64,000 nucleotides of DNA from an uncultured Bacilli bacterium (lineage in GTDB: Bacteria > Bacillota_I > Bacilli_A > RF39 > UBA660), in contig CALVUX010000003.1 of assembly GCA_944363715.1 (NCBI GenBank), forward strand, positions 8,155-72,154, read 5' to 3'. Each line of letters begins with the position of its first letter. Within the stretch, counting starts at the first letter, position 1. The notes beneath the pieces were generated by a model. It searched no databases and was not told the origin of the DNA. It saw nothing but the letters and a program-made list of their open reading frames with translations. Positions 10,339 to 21,079 of the stretch are shown here, piece by piece. A program made the translations under genes and the position numbers.

Positions 10339-10641
10339 ATGTACGCAGTAATTAAAGTTGGTGGAAAACAATATCGTGTAACTGAAGGAGATGAAATCTT
10401 CGTAGAAAAGTTAAATGCTAATGCTAATGATGTTGTTACTTTTGGAGAGGTTTTAATGCTTGATTCTAAAGTTGGTTCCCCTTATTTATCTAATGTCACT
10501 GTAGAAGGTACAGTCTTAAAAAATGGTAAAGCTAAGAAAATACGTATTTTTAAGTATAAGAACAAATCTAGAAGTAACCGTAAAACTCAGGGACATAGAC
10601 AACCATATACTAAAATTAAAATTACTAAGATTAATGGTTAA
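10339..10641 (+). CDS. rplU: 50S ribosomal protein L21
   Basis: MYAVIKVGGKQYRV... canonical L21 N-terminus. Strong RBS. Confidence 0.97.
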   Translation: MYAVIKVGGKQYRVTEGDEIFVEKLNANANDVVTFGEVLMLDSKVGSPYLSNVTVEGTVLKNGKAKKIRIFKYKNKSRSNRKTQGHRQPYTKIKITKING

Positions 10642-10643
10642 TT

Positions 10644-10946
10644 ATGATTAGAGTAAAAGTAGAAAAAGAAAAAGGTTATTTTAAAAAGATAAGTATATTA
10701 GGTCATGCTATGTATGATGAATATGGTAAAGATATAGTTTGTAGTGCCGTTAGTTCTATTGTTACTACAACAATAAATGGTATTCTTACTATTGATAAAA
10801 GTACTATTACTTATCTTGCTAGTAGTAAAGGTTTAACTATTAAAGTTTTAAGTAATGATAGAATAACTCAATCTCTACTTAAAAATATGTTAAGACTACT
10901 AAAGGAATTATCATTAAAATATAAAGAAAATATTGAAATACAGTAA
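10644..10946 (+). CDS. prp: Ribosomal-processing cysteine protease Prp (YsxB family)
   Basis: 100 aa between rplU and rpmA, with GHA...DIVCSAVS catalytic His/Cys pattern. Confidence 0.85.
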   Translation: MIRVKVEKEKGYFKKISILGHAMYDEYGKDIVCSAVSSIVTTTINGILTIDKSTITYLASSKGLTIKVLSNDRITQSLLKNMLRLLKELSLKYKENIEIQ

Positions 10947-10958
10947 GGAGGGACTATA

Positions 10959-11249
10959 GTGAAATTTTTAGAATTAAATATTCAGTTATTCGCTCATAAA
11001 AAAGGACAAAGTTCTACATCTAATGGACGTGACTCTATTGGACGTAGATTAGGAGCGAAAGCTGCTGATGGAGAATATATAACTGCAGGAAGTATTATCT
11101 ATCGTCAAAGAGGAACTAAAATATTCCCAGGTACAAATGTTAAACGTGGTAATGATGATACTTTATACGCAACAGTAGATGGAATTGTTAAGTTTGAACG
11201 TAAAGGAAGAGATAAGAAACAAGCTTCTGTTTACCCAGTAAGTGAATAG
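10959..11249 (+). CDS. rpmA: 50S ribosomal protein L27 with cleavable N-terminal extension
   Basis: [26 protein letters not shown]. The extension before AHKKG is the known Prp substrate arrangement in Firmicutes. Confidence 0.97.
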   Translation: MKFLELNIQLFAHKKGQSSTSNGRDSIGRRLGAKAADGEYITAGSIIYRQRGTKIFPGTNVKRGNDDTLYATVDGIVKFERKGRDKKQASVYPVSE

Positions 11250-11321
11250 AAAGAAAATCTCTTTCTTTTTTTCTTTTCTCTGTGATATAATATAGGAAAG
11301 TTTTGAGGGGAGTGTGTTAAT

Positions 11322-12593
11322 ATGTTTGTAGATGAAGTAACACTTAAAGTAATTGCAGGAAGTGGTGGAGATGGTTGTACTGCTTTCCGTCGTGAAAAAT
11401 ATATACCTATGGGAGGGCCATATGGAGGTAATGGAGGTCATGGCTCTGATATTATCTTTAAAGTGGATGAAGGACTTCATACCTTACTTGATTTACGTTA
11501 TCAAAAAGAGATAAAAGGTAAGAAGGGTGAGAATGGTAAAGGTAAGAATCAACATGGTAAAGGAGCGGAACCTTTAGTAGTTAAAGTTCCACAAGGAACA
11601 GTTGTAACAGATTTAGATACAGGTCTTATTCTTGCCGATTTAAAAGGTAAAAATGATTCTGCTATTATTGCAAAAGGTGGTAGAGGTGGACGTGGTAATA
11701 CTGCCTTTAAGACTCAAACTAATACCGCTCCAAACTTCTCTGAAAATGGAGAACCAGGGGAGGAAAGAACTATTAAGGTAGAACTTAAACTTCTCGCCGA
11801 TGTTGGTCTTGTTGGGCTTCCTAGTGTTGGTAAGAGTACTATTATCTCTAAAGTAAGTAAAGCTAAACCTAAGATTGCAGAGTATCACTTTACAACACTA
11901 AAACCTAATCTTGGAGTAGTACGTGCTACTAATGGTAAAACTTTTGTTATGGCAGATTTACCAGGATTAATAGAAGGTGCAAGTAAAGGAGAAGGATTAG
12001 GTGATAGATTCTTAAGACATATAGAGCGTACTAGAGTAATATTACATGTTATTGATATGGCAGGAACTGAAGGAAGAGATCCTTATGAAGATTATGTTTT
12101 AATAAATAAAGAACTTGAAGAATTTAATAAAAAACTACTTACTAAACCTATGGTTATAATTGCAAATAAAATGGATATTGAAGGTAGTATTGATAACTTA
12201 GATAAATTTAAAGAAAAAGTAAAAGATAAGAAAATCTTTGAAATAAGTGCTATTACAAGTGAAGGACTTAGTGAAGTAGTAGATTACTTAAGTGACTTAT
12301 TAGACACTATAAAAGAAGAAAATCTTTATGAAGAGGATGCTTTTGAATCTCATGTCTTATATAAATTTAAAGAAGAGAAGCCTTTTACAATTGAAAAAGA
12401 AGGGGAAGACTTTGCAATAAAGGGTGAAAAAGTAGAGAAATTATTTAGAATGACTAAGTTTACTGATGAAGGTATTAAAAGATTTAGTAATAAACTAAGA
12501 AAAATGGGTATCGATGAAGAACTTGAGAAGATGGGTGCAGTTGATGGGGATATGGTTAGAATATTAGATTTTTACTTTGAGTATCGTAAATAA
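11322..12593 (+). CDS. obg: GTPase Obg/CgtA
   Basis: Glycine-rich Obg fold (GGDGCTAFRREKY, GGNGGHG, GGRGGRGN). G motifs GLPSVGKST, DLPGLIEGA, NKMD. C-terminal OCT-like domain. Confidence 0.97.
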   Translation: MFVDEVTLKVIAGSGGDGCTAFRREKYIPMGGPYGGNGGHGSDIIFKVDEGLHTLLDLRYQKEIKGKKGENGKGKNQHGKGAEPLVVKVPQGTVVTDLDTGLILADLKGKNDSAIIAKGGRGGRGNTAFKTQTNTAPNFSENGEPGEERTIKVELKLLADVGLVGLPSVGKSTIISKVSKAKPKIAEYHFTTLKPNLGVVRATNGKTFVMADLPGLIEGASKGEGLGDRFLRHIERTRVILHVIDMAGTEGRDPYEDYVLINKELEEFNKKLLTKPMVIIANKMDIEGSIDNLDKFKEKVKDKKIFEISAITSEGLSEVVDYLSDLLDTIKEENLYEEDAFESHVLYKFKEEKPFTIEKEGEDFAIKGEKVEKLFRMTKFTDEGIKRFSNKLRKMGIDEELEKMGAVDGDMVRILDFYFEYRK

Positions 12594-13801
12594 TGCAAGA
12601 CTTAGATAGATTATTAAATCCTAATAAGAGATTTTTAGAGTATCAAGATTATCTAATAGATTTAATCGCTAGTTCCTATCATAAAAGTTTTAAAGACTTA
12701 ATCGCTACAAGAATTAAAGATGCTTTTTATTTCTTTGATTCAACTCCTGATGTTACTTATGAAAGCTTGTATAATTTAGATAGTAGTTTAGATAATTTAA
12801 AATATTATAAATCATTAATGGATGACTATATGAGTAAGGGAGAAAAGTTACAAGATGAAATAGATGATTATACTCTTAGATATTTAAAAGAACTGTTAAA
12901 TATTAGTGATGATGTATTTAATAAAAATAAAGAAGTTATTTTAGGACTTAGATTTGATGCTTTTGATAAAAAATATAAAAAATATTTAACTTATGATAAT
13001 GAAGTAAGAGACTTACTTTTAGAATTACAACAAGATTATATAGATACTTGTAAAATGATAGGAATTATTCCTTTATTAGATGAAGAAAAACTAGATGATT
13101 GTATAAACTTTCTTAAAAGACAAGATAAAGTATTAGAGAGAAATGTTATAAAAAACTCTATCTTTGGTAAAAATATCTTAGATAGATTAGGGAATATTTC
13201 TTTTTATAAGAAAATACTACTTGCAAGAGATATAGTTTACTTTGAAGATGATTTTGATTGTGATGTAACTGCCATTACATTACTATCTAAAAAATATTCT
13301 AAGACTTTTATTTCATTTCCACTTTTAAAAAAATATCATGATAGATGTCTTGATATAAATCTTTTGCATGAACTTATACATGTAAGTGAAATGAATGATA
13401 AACATTGTAGTTTTATAATAAATAAAGATTATAGTATCTTTAATGAATTTAGAACACAGGAAAAAGCGAGAAGTTTATTTAAAAGATTAAGAAAAGATAA
13501 TATTTATATCTTTGATTTAGATAATAATAATGATATTTCATATAAGAGTGCCTATGATTTATATCTATCTTTAGTTAATCCTTTATTAGATAATTATAGA
13601 GAACTTTTTGATTCTTCTGCTATCAATAATAGCCTTTCTCTTATTAATGACAATTTAGGAAAAGATAATTTTACAAATTATTGTATCTTTTTAACAGGTT
13701 TATATGAGAATGACTTTAATATGCATGGGCAATCTTTTGATAGAGATACTATAAATAAAAATAGTGATTTTATAAATAAAATGAAAACATATTCAAAATA
13801 A
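12593..13801 (+). CDS. Hypothetical protein with HExxH motif
   Basis: 402-aa ORF coupled to the obg stop. Single HELIH motif (LLHELIHVSE). No other recognisable domain. Confidence 0.45.
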   Translation: MQDLDRLLNPNKRFLEYQDYLIDLIASSYHKSFKDLIATRIKDAFYFFDSTPDVTYESLYNLDSSLDNLKYYKSLMDDYMSKGEKLQDEIDDYTLRYLKELLNISDDVFNKNKEVILGLRFDAFDKKYKKYLTYDNEVRDLLLELQQDYIDTCKMIGIIPLLDEEKLDDCINFLKRQDKVLERNVIKNSIFGKNILDRLGNISFYKKILLARDIVYFEDDFDCDVTAITLLSKKYSKTFISFPLLKKYHDRCLDINLLHELIHVSEMNDKHCSFIINKDYSIFNEFRTQEKARSLFKRLRKDNIYIFDLDNNNDISYKSAYDLYLSLVNPLLDNYRELFDSSAINNSLSLINDNLGKDNFTNYCIFLTGLYENDFNMHGQSFDRDTINKNSDFINKMKTYSK

Positions 13802-13818
13802 AAAATGTATCTTGTTCG

Positions 13819-13847
13819 ATTGATTAACATATACATTTGTGTTATTA
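13819..13847 (+). promoter_or_regulatory. Candidate sigma-A promoter for the small hydrophobic ORF
   Basis: TTGATT, 17-nt spacer, TATTAT, with TGn extension. Confidence 0.45.
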
Positions 13848-13926
13848 TTTACCTAGGAATACTTAGTAATGGGTGTTTTGCCTCTTTTCACTTCTTGATT
13901 TCAGGGGGTAGAAAGGGGACTTGCTT

Positions 13927-13995
13927 ATGACAAAAAAGGATTTTTTAATAACTATGTTAATAGTGATTATAATACTTTTAATAATATACAACTAG
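13927..13995 (+). CDS. 22-aa hydrophobic peptide (candidate type I toxin)
   Basis: MTKKDFLITMLIVIIILLIIYN. RBS aaagggga lies 8 nt upstream. Below the size cutoff of the ORF track. Confidence 0.35.
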   Translation: MTKKDFLITMLIVIIILLIIYN

Positions 13996-14114
13996 AAAAA
14001 GCACCCTATTACAACTTTGTAATTAGGGTGTTAACTTGAAAAAACACAATTTGAGGTAACACCTAACTGCAAACTAGGTATTCCTCTTTTTTATAATATG
14101 TAAATTCTCTTTAC
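13996..14114 (-). ncRNA. Candidate antisense sRNA convergent with the small ORF
   Basis: - strand promoter TTGATA-17-TAATAT with TGn extension (plus coordinates 14121-14149). The transcript would end at the 14002-14030 hairpin plus T run. Confidence 0.3.
14002..14030. terminator. Near-perfect hairpin, bidirectional terminator candidate
   Basis: caccctattacaa / ttgtaat(t)agggtg. On the - strand it is followed by ctttttct; on the + strand the T tract is poor. Confidence 0.5.
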
Positions 14115-14162
14115 ATATTCATATTATCATAAATAATTTATTTTATCAAGAGGGATGATTTT

Positions 14163-14813
14163 ATGACTTTAAATATAGATAATGAAACTTATAATTTAGA
14201 GATAGTTAAGAAAAGTACTACTAAAAATATTTATATTAGAGTTAAAGATGATTTAACTATCTATGTAACATGTAATACTTTAACTTCTAATAAAAAGATA
14301 ATGAGTGTAGTAGAAGAAAATTTAGATTCTATTAGAAAAATGATTAAGAAAGTTAAAGAAAAGATAAAATTTAATAGTGAATTTTACTATTTAGGTAAAA
14401 AATATGATATTATATATACAGAGTTTTGTGACTTTAAATTAGGTGAAAATAAAGTTTTTATTAAAAGAGGCTTTGATTTAGATAAATGGAAGAAAAAACA
14501 AGCTTTAGGTATTTTTAGTGAACATCTAGAAATGTGTTATAATAATTTTACAAGAAGTATTCCTCATCCTAAATTAAGACTTAGGAAGATGACTACTAGA
14601 TGGGGAGTATGTAATGTTAAAACTCATGTTATAACGCTTAATACAGAATTAATTACTAAAGATATTGGATGTCTTGATTATGTTATTTATCATGAGTTAA
14701 GTCACTTAATAGAAGCGAATCATTCTAAGAAGTTTTGGGCTATTGTAGAAGAGAACTGTCCTAATTATAAGAAGTGGAGAAAATTAACTAATAAATATGG
14801 AGAAGAGGAGTAG
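14163..14813 (+). CDS. YgjP-like (DUF45/M48-related) metal-dependent hydrolase
   Basis: RWGVC...VIYHELSHLIEANHSKKFW motif block characteristic of the family. Confidence 0.8.
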   Translation: MTLNIDNETYNLEIVKKSTTKNIYIRVKDDLTIYVTCNTLTSNKKIMSVVEENLDSIRKMIKKVKEKIKFNSEFYYLGKKYDIIYTEFCDFKLGENKVFIKRGFDLDKWKKKQALGIFSEHLEMCYNNFTRSIPHPKLRLRKMTTRWGVCNVKTHVITLNTELITKDIGCLDYVIYHELSHLIEANHSKKFWAIVEENCPNYKKWRKLTNKYGEEE

Positions 14814-14814
14814 T

Positions 14815-15555
14815 ATGGTTATAACTAGTTTAGATAATGAAAAAGTTAAGTACTATTATAAATTACAGAAGAAAAAGTATCGTGATTTAAATAATGAATT
14901 TATAGTAGAAGGAGAACATTTGGTATTAGAAGCTTATAAAAGCGGTGCCTTAAAAGAAATCCTATTAGAAGAAGGAGAGGTATTACCATTAGATGTAGAA
15001 CAACTTGAAGTTAGTAAAGAAGTCTTAAAAAAAATAAGTACTTTAAATTCTCCTCCTAAGATGATAGGGTTATGTGAGAAGATAATAGATACGACAATAG
15101 GTAAGAGAATACTAATATTGGATGAAATACAAGATCCAGGTAATATGGGTACTATTATTAGAAGTGCAGTTGCTTTCAACATAGATACTATTGTAATAGG
15201 AGATAATACTGTAGATGTTTATTCTCCTAAAGTAGTAAGAGCGACTCAAGGAATGATTTTTCATGTACCAATAGTCTTCTATTCAATAGATAAATTAATT
15301 CCTATATTAAAGAAATTAAAAATACCAGTACTTGCAACTAATGTTAAGTATGGTGAAGAAGTAAAGAACTTATCTCAAGATGAAAAAGATACCTTTGCCC
15401 TTATAATAGGTAATGAAGGTAATGGTGTTAATCCTAAGTATTTAGAACAAAGTGATAAATTTATCTATATACCAATGAACGATGTAGTAGAAAGTCTTAA
15501 TGTAGGGGTTGCTACTTCTATAATACTTTATGAAATGGATGAATCTAATGAATAA
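14815..15555 (+). CDS. SpoU/TrmH-family RNA 2'-O-methyltransferase
   Basis: DPGNMGTIIRSA, LIIGNEGNGV and ESLNVGVATSIILYE motifs. Start set at the ATG at 14815, after the upstream stop and RBS gaggag. Confidence 0.85.
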   Translation: MVITSLDNEKVKYYYKLQKKKYRDLNNEFIVEGEHLVLEAYKSGALKEILLEEGEVLPLDVEQLEVSKEVLKKISTLNSPPKMIGLCEKIIDTTIGKRILILDEIQDPGNMGTIIRSAVAFNIDTIVIGDNTVDVYSPKVVRATQGMIFHVPIVFYSIDKLIPILKKLKIPVLATNVKYGEEVKNLSQDEKDTFALIIGNEGNGVNPKYLEQSDKFIYIPMNDVVESLNVGVATSIILYEMDESNE

Positions 15556-16027
15556 ATTATATATAGGTAAAATAGTTAATACTCATGGTATTAAAGGAGA
15601 ACTTAGGATTAGAGATAACTTAACTACTAAACAAAGAGATGAGATATTTAAAATAGGAAGTAATTTAATTATAGAAGATAAATCTTATGAGATAACTAGT
15701 TATAGAGTTCATAAAGACTATGATATGGTTACTTTTGATGGTTTTAATAATATAAATGAAGTATTATTCTTGAAGGGTAAGAAAGTATATAAATCTAAAG
15801 AAGATATTAATCTTAATAATGAAGATATCTTAGATAGTGAACTTATAACCTATAAAGTTAAAACTACTGATAATATAGAGGGTAAGATTCTTGATGTAGA
15901 AGAGACTGGTAATAATTATAAGATACTTAGATTATTAATAAATAACAATGAAGTATTAGTTCCTTATCATAAAGAGTTTGTAAAAATAGATAGTAATAAA
16001 AAAGAAGTTATAGTTAAACTTCTATAG
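15548..16027 (+). CDS. rimM: 16S rRNA processing protein RimM
   Basis: IGKIVNTHGIKGELRI N-terminus. Upstream of trmD. Confidence 0.85.
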   Translation: MNKLYIGKIVNTHGIKGELRIRDNLTTKQRDEIFKIGSNLIIEDKSYEITSYRVHKDYDMVTFDGFNNINEVLFLKGKKVYKSKEDINLNNEDILDSELITYKVKTTDNIEGKILDVEETGNNYKILRLLINNNEVLVPYHKEFVKIDSNKKEVIVKLL

Positions 16028-16036
16028 GAGGAAATC

Positions 16037-16717
16037 ATGAAAATAGATGTATTAACCTTATTTCCTGATATGTTTAATGGTGTATTTGATGAATCTATTA
16101 TTAAAAGGGCAATTAGTAATAATTTAGTAGAAATTAATATCCATAATATTAGAGATTATAGTAATGACAATCATAAAAAAGTAGATGATACTCCTTATGG
16201 AGGAGGAGCTGGTATGGTTTTAATGTGTCAACCAATATTTGATGCTGTTAAAGCCTTAAGAAGTGATGAATCTAAAGTAATCTTATTAACTCCAAGTGGT
16301 AAGTTATACAAACAGAGTATGGCAATAGATTTATCTTTAGAAAAGCATTTAATTATTATTTGTGGTCATTATGAAGGATTTGATGAGAGAATTAAAACTA
16401 TTTGTGATATGGAAATATCTATTGGAGACTATATCTTAACAGGAGGAGAAATACCTTGTATGGTCTTAATAGATTCTATTACAAGATTAATAGATGGCGT
16501 TATAAGAAAAGAAAGTTATGAAAATGAATCATTTTCTGATAATCTGTTAGACTATCCAACTTATACAAAACCTAGAATTTATGAAGGATTAAGTGTTCCA
16601 GATGTCTTAGTTAATGGAGATCATGCCAAGATAGATAATTGGAGAAGGGAACAACAAATTAAACTAACAGAAAAAAATAGGCCTGACTTATTAAAAGGAG
16701 ATGGTTCAGTTGAATAA
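16037..16717 (+). CDS. trmD: tRNA (guanine37-N1)-methyltransferase TrmD
   Basis: IDVLTLFPDMF, DDTPYGGGAGMVL, CGHYEGFDERI. Confidence 0.96.
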   Translation: MKIDVLTLFPDMFNGVFDESIIKRAISNNLVEINIHNIRDYSNDNHKKVDDTPYGGGAGMVLMCQPIFDAVKALRSDESKVILLTPSGKLYKQSMAIDLSLEKHLIIICGHYEGFDERIKTICDMEISIGDYILTGGEIPCMVLIDSITRLIDGVIRKESYENESFSDNLLDYPTYTKPRIYEGLSVPDVLVNGDHAKIDNWRREQQIKLTEKNRPDLLKGDGSVE

Positions 16718-17120
16718 TTATTTAATAATAGAAAAGAGTTTTACTTATAATGGAGATTTAACTTTAGGAAAAGAGTTAACTATTAAGTCACACGATAACA
16801 AAGTATCTATATATAGTTTAGATATACAAAAAGTCTTTATTAGTAATAAAGTCTATAAGAAGTATTTAAAACTTTTAAAACTAGTAAACTTTTATTTAAC
16901 TAGTGATGATGATACAGGTACTGCTTATCATGAGGCCTTAAATGAAATAGAGAAGTTTAGACAATTAGTTAAAAATAAATATAGAGCTTACCTTTTAGAA
17001 AAAACTCTAAAAGAAATGTCTTTAGAACTTCAGAAAAAAGTAATGGATGCTAAGAAGAGATTAATATTTGTAGAGACAAAGAGTTATGACTATATGAACG
17101 AGAATAGAAGAAGTAAATAA
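16701..17120 (+). CDS. Hypothetical protein
   Basis: 139-aa ORF overlapping the trmD stop. It occupies the position where rplS often follows trmD but has no L19 motifs. Confidence 0.4.
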   Translation: MVQLNNYLIIEKSFTYNGDLTLGKELTIKSHDNKVSIYSLDIQKVFISNKVYKKYLKLLKLVNFYLTSDDDTGTAYHEALNEIEKFRQLVKNKYRAYLLEKTLKEMSLELQKKVMDAKKRLIFVETKSYDYMNENRRSK

Positions 17121-17179
17121 TCCTTTACTTATAAGCTTTTTTATGGTATCATAATCTAGTCATTAAAGGGGGAATTTAT

Positions 17180-18541
17180 ATGATATTAATACCAGAACAA
17201 GTAAAAGCTTTGAGAGATAAAATTAAAGAGTTGGAAGAAGAAATACAAGAGGATAAACATTTTTTTAAGGATGATGAGAGAAATCAGCTAGTTCCTAAAT
17301 TTGATAATTATGTTAATAAAGAAATGGAAATAGATAATTATAATTATTTAGTTAACCAATTAGAACATTATAAAAGAGTATTAGAAAATAGTGAATTTGT
17401 TAAAGAGTACAAAGATGACTTAGTAGATTATGGTACTAAATTCAAGATTAGATATTATGATGATGATAATATAGAAACATATACTTTAGTAGAAAATTCA
17501 GTAGGTTTGAAAAGTACATACTTTAATCAAGATAATGGATATATTAGTGTTGATGGCTATCTTGGTAAAACATTAAGAGGTAAAGGAGCAGGAGATGAAT
17601 TCTCTTATGAGGTTTCGGTAAAAGGTTCTAAGCATACAATTAAAATTACTGGTAAAATATTAGAAATAATTGCTAAAACTTCATCTGATATAAGCTATAT
17701 TACTTCAAAAACTAAAGATAGAAGAATTGCTAAAAATGTAGCGATAAAACGTAAAAAGATATATGCAAGAGGAGATAAAAAAGAACTAGATAAATTAAAT
17801 GAGATTACTTTAAGCCAATACAATTTGCTAAAAGAAGAACAACATTCTTTGGCGGTTTCTTTATCAAAGCTTGAAAAATATGAAAATAAGATAAGAGTTG
17901 GTTCGATTATAAAAATTAAAAATAACTCTGAAACGTATGAATATACAATAGTAGATAAAGAAAAGGAAGATATAGATCCATTTCATGAAATAGATGCTAA
18001 TAGTTTAATTGCCACTAAGTTATTTACTAAAAGAAAAGGTGATGAAATTAGAGGTACTTATCATTATAAAAAATGTGATAAGGATAGAACTATGAGATAT
18101 GAAGGTATAATTGTAGAAATAGATAATAGTATGATTCCTAAAGAAGAGAGTATTTACGATAATGTAAAAAATATATATGCTAGATTAAGAAGAGTTAAAA
18201 TGTTAATTGAAAAATCTAAAATTGCTACACCTCCTACTGATGGTACAATTGGTATTGGAAGTAAGGTTAGTATTATGACATTTGAAAATGGAGAAGTTCA
18301 GAATAGAAGAGTAGAGATTATTAATCATGCTGTTTCTACTGAATTAACTTCTGATTACATAGAAGCGATTAGTCCGTTAGGTAATAAACTTTTAGGATTA
18401 AAAAATAATGATTCTTTTATGTATTATTACTATGGTAAAAATGCTATATTAGGACAGGGTGTAGTTTATGATATTAATAATAATATGAATGAAACACTTG
18501 CTAAAGATCCACTTACATATCAGAAGAAAAGAAGAGGTTAG
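17180..18541 (+). CDS. GreA/GreB-like protein with N-terminal coiled coil and three tandem GreA C-terminal-like domains
   Basis: Three modules: YGTKFKIRYY..YISVDGYLGKTLRGKGAGDEF, VGSIIKIK..ANSLIATKLFTKRKGDEI, IGSKVSIMTF..EAISPLGNKLLGLKNNDSF. Each resembles the GreA C-domain block V.LGS.V...IS..SPlG.ALlGk..GD. Confidence 0.55.
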   Translation: MILIPEQVKALRDKIKELEEEIQEDKHFFKDDERNQLVPKFDNYVNKEMEIDNYNYLVNQLEHYKRVLENSEFVKEYKDDLVDYGTKFKIRYYDDDNIETYTLVENSVGLKSTYFNQDNGYISVDGYLGKTLRGKGAGDEFSYEVSVKGSKHTIKITGKILEIIAKTSSDISYITSKTKDRRIAKNVAIKRKKIYARGDKKELDKLNEITLSQYNLLKEEQHSLAVSLSKLEKYENKIRVGSIIKIKNNSETYEYTIVDKEKEDIDPFHEIDANSLIATKLFTKRKGDEIRGTYHYKKCDKDRTMRYEGIIVEIDNSMIPKEESIYDNVKNIYARLRRVKMLIEKSKIATPPTDGTIGIGSKVSIMTFENGEVQNRRVEIINHAVSTELTSDYIEAISPLGNKLLGLKNNDSFMYYYYGKNAILGQGVVYDINNNMNETLAKDPLTYQKKRRG

Positions 18542-18557
18542 ACTTCTTTTTCTATAG

Positions 18558-19682
<1,125 letters not shown>

Positions 19683-19698
19683 ATAAATCAGTTGTTTT

Positions 19699-19722
19699 AC
19701 GTCAAAACTCTTGACGTTTTTT
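19699..19722 (+). terminator. Rho-independent terminator after tgt
   Basis: acgtcaa / ttgacgt stem followed by tttttc. Confidence 0.75.
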
Positions 19723-19762
19723 CTTTTCTCTTTATATAATCTTTTTAGAAAGAAGGTATTAT

Positions 19763-20611
19763 ATGTTAATAATAGGTTCTCATGTAGGATATAAAAAAGA
19801 TAGTGGTTTGGTTGGAAGCGTAGAAGAAGCTTTAAGCTATGGAGCGAATACTTTTATGTTTTATACAGGGGCTCCTCAAAATACTATTAGAAGTAGTATT
19901 GATTTAGATAATGTTAATAAAGCTTATGTTTTGATGAGTGATAATGGTATCGATAAAAATAATGTAATAGTTCATGCTCCTTATATCATTAACCTTGCAA
20001 ATGGAGATGAAAGTAAATTTAACTTCTCATGTAATTTCTTAAGTGAAGAGTTAAAACGGGTTAATACATTTGGTTTTAAATATCTAGTTTTACATCCAGG
20101 AAGCCATGTAGGATTAGGAGTAGATGTGGGTATTTCTAATATTATTAAAGCTTTAAATCTTGTCTTAGATAAAGATAATAGTGATGTCATGATTCTTCTT
20201 GAAACAATGGCAGGTAAGGGTAGTGAAGTAGGTAGAAGTTTTGAAGAGATAAAATCTATTATAGATGGAGTTTCTAAAAAGAATAGAATTGGTGTTTGTT
20301 TAGATACATGTCATTTAAATGATGCTGGTTATGATTTGAATAACTTTGATGAGATATTAGAAACTTTTGATAAACTTATCGGTATAGATAAAATTAAATG
20401 TATTCATATTAATGATAGTAAAAATATAATTGCATCTCATAAAGATAGACATGAAAATATAGATAAAGGTACTATAGGTTTAGATACTTTAATAAAAGTA
20501 ATAGATTGTGATAAATTAAAAGATGTTCCTAAAATATTAGAAACACCTTATATAGATGGGAAATCTCCATATAAAGAAGAAATATCTTTGATTAGAAGTG
20601 TTAGTAAGTAG
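19763..20611 (+). CDS. nfo: Endonuclease IV (AP endonuclease family 2)
   Basis: HAPYIINLA, LVLHPGSH, CLDTCHLNDAGYD, HINDSK. Confidence 0.9.
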   Translation: MLIIGSHVGYKKDSGLVGSVEEALSYGANTFMFYTGAPQNTIRSSIDLDNVNKAYVLMSDNGIDKNNVIVHAPYIINLANGDESKFNFSCNFLSEELKRVNTFGFKYLVLHPGSHVGLGVDVGISNIIKALNLVLDKDNSDVMILLETMAGKGSEVGRSFEEIKSIIDGVSKKNRIGVCLDTCHLNDAGYDLNNFDEILETFDKLIGIDKIKCIHINDSKNIIASHKDRHENIDKGTIGLDTLIKVIDCDKLKDVPKILETPYIDGKSPYKEEISLIRSVSK

Positions 20612-21038
20612 TAACGGTACAAGGAGTATCAGGAATATTATTTGATTGATATAAAACTTTATTTGTTTTTGTATCTTTGCAAGTTAAGTTAATGCTGTAG
20701 CTTTCTTTTTTCTTTTCTTTTGTGTATCTAATTACAGCTTCACTGCAATCAATGTTTTCATCAGAAAATTTGTTAATTAAACTTGCATTAATTAGATCAT
20801 TATAGGTAATATCTACACATCCTGTCCAGTTTTTGACTCCTATAGAAGTTATGTCTTCTCCTTCTTTATTAACAAATATTTTTGCTGCTTCTACTAAACT
20901 ATCACCATAATATTCATATTGTCTTTTTTCGCTGTTATTTCTTAATGCAGTAATGGAAGGCATTACCATAATTAATATTAAAGCCATTATTACAATAGTA
21001 GCGAGTAACTCAATTAATGTAAATCCTTTTTTATCCAT
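20601..21038 (-). CDS. Prepilin-type N-terminal cleavage/methylation domain protein (type IV pilin/pseudopilin-like)
   Basis: MDKKGFTLIELLATIVIMALI: classic G/FTLIE prepilin signal. Its 3' end overlaps the nfo stop by 11 nt in convergent orientation. Confidence 0.8.
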   Translation of the reverse strand: MDKKGFTLIELLATIVIMALILIMVMPSITALRNNSEKRQYEYYGDSLVEAAKIFVNKEGEDITSIGVKNWTGCVDITYNDLINASLINKFSDENIDCSEAVIRYTKEKKKESYSINLTCKDTKTNKVLYQSNNIPDTPCTVTTY

Positions 21039-21079
21039 AATTTATCTCTCCTATGATAAATTATAACATAGTTTTCTTT

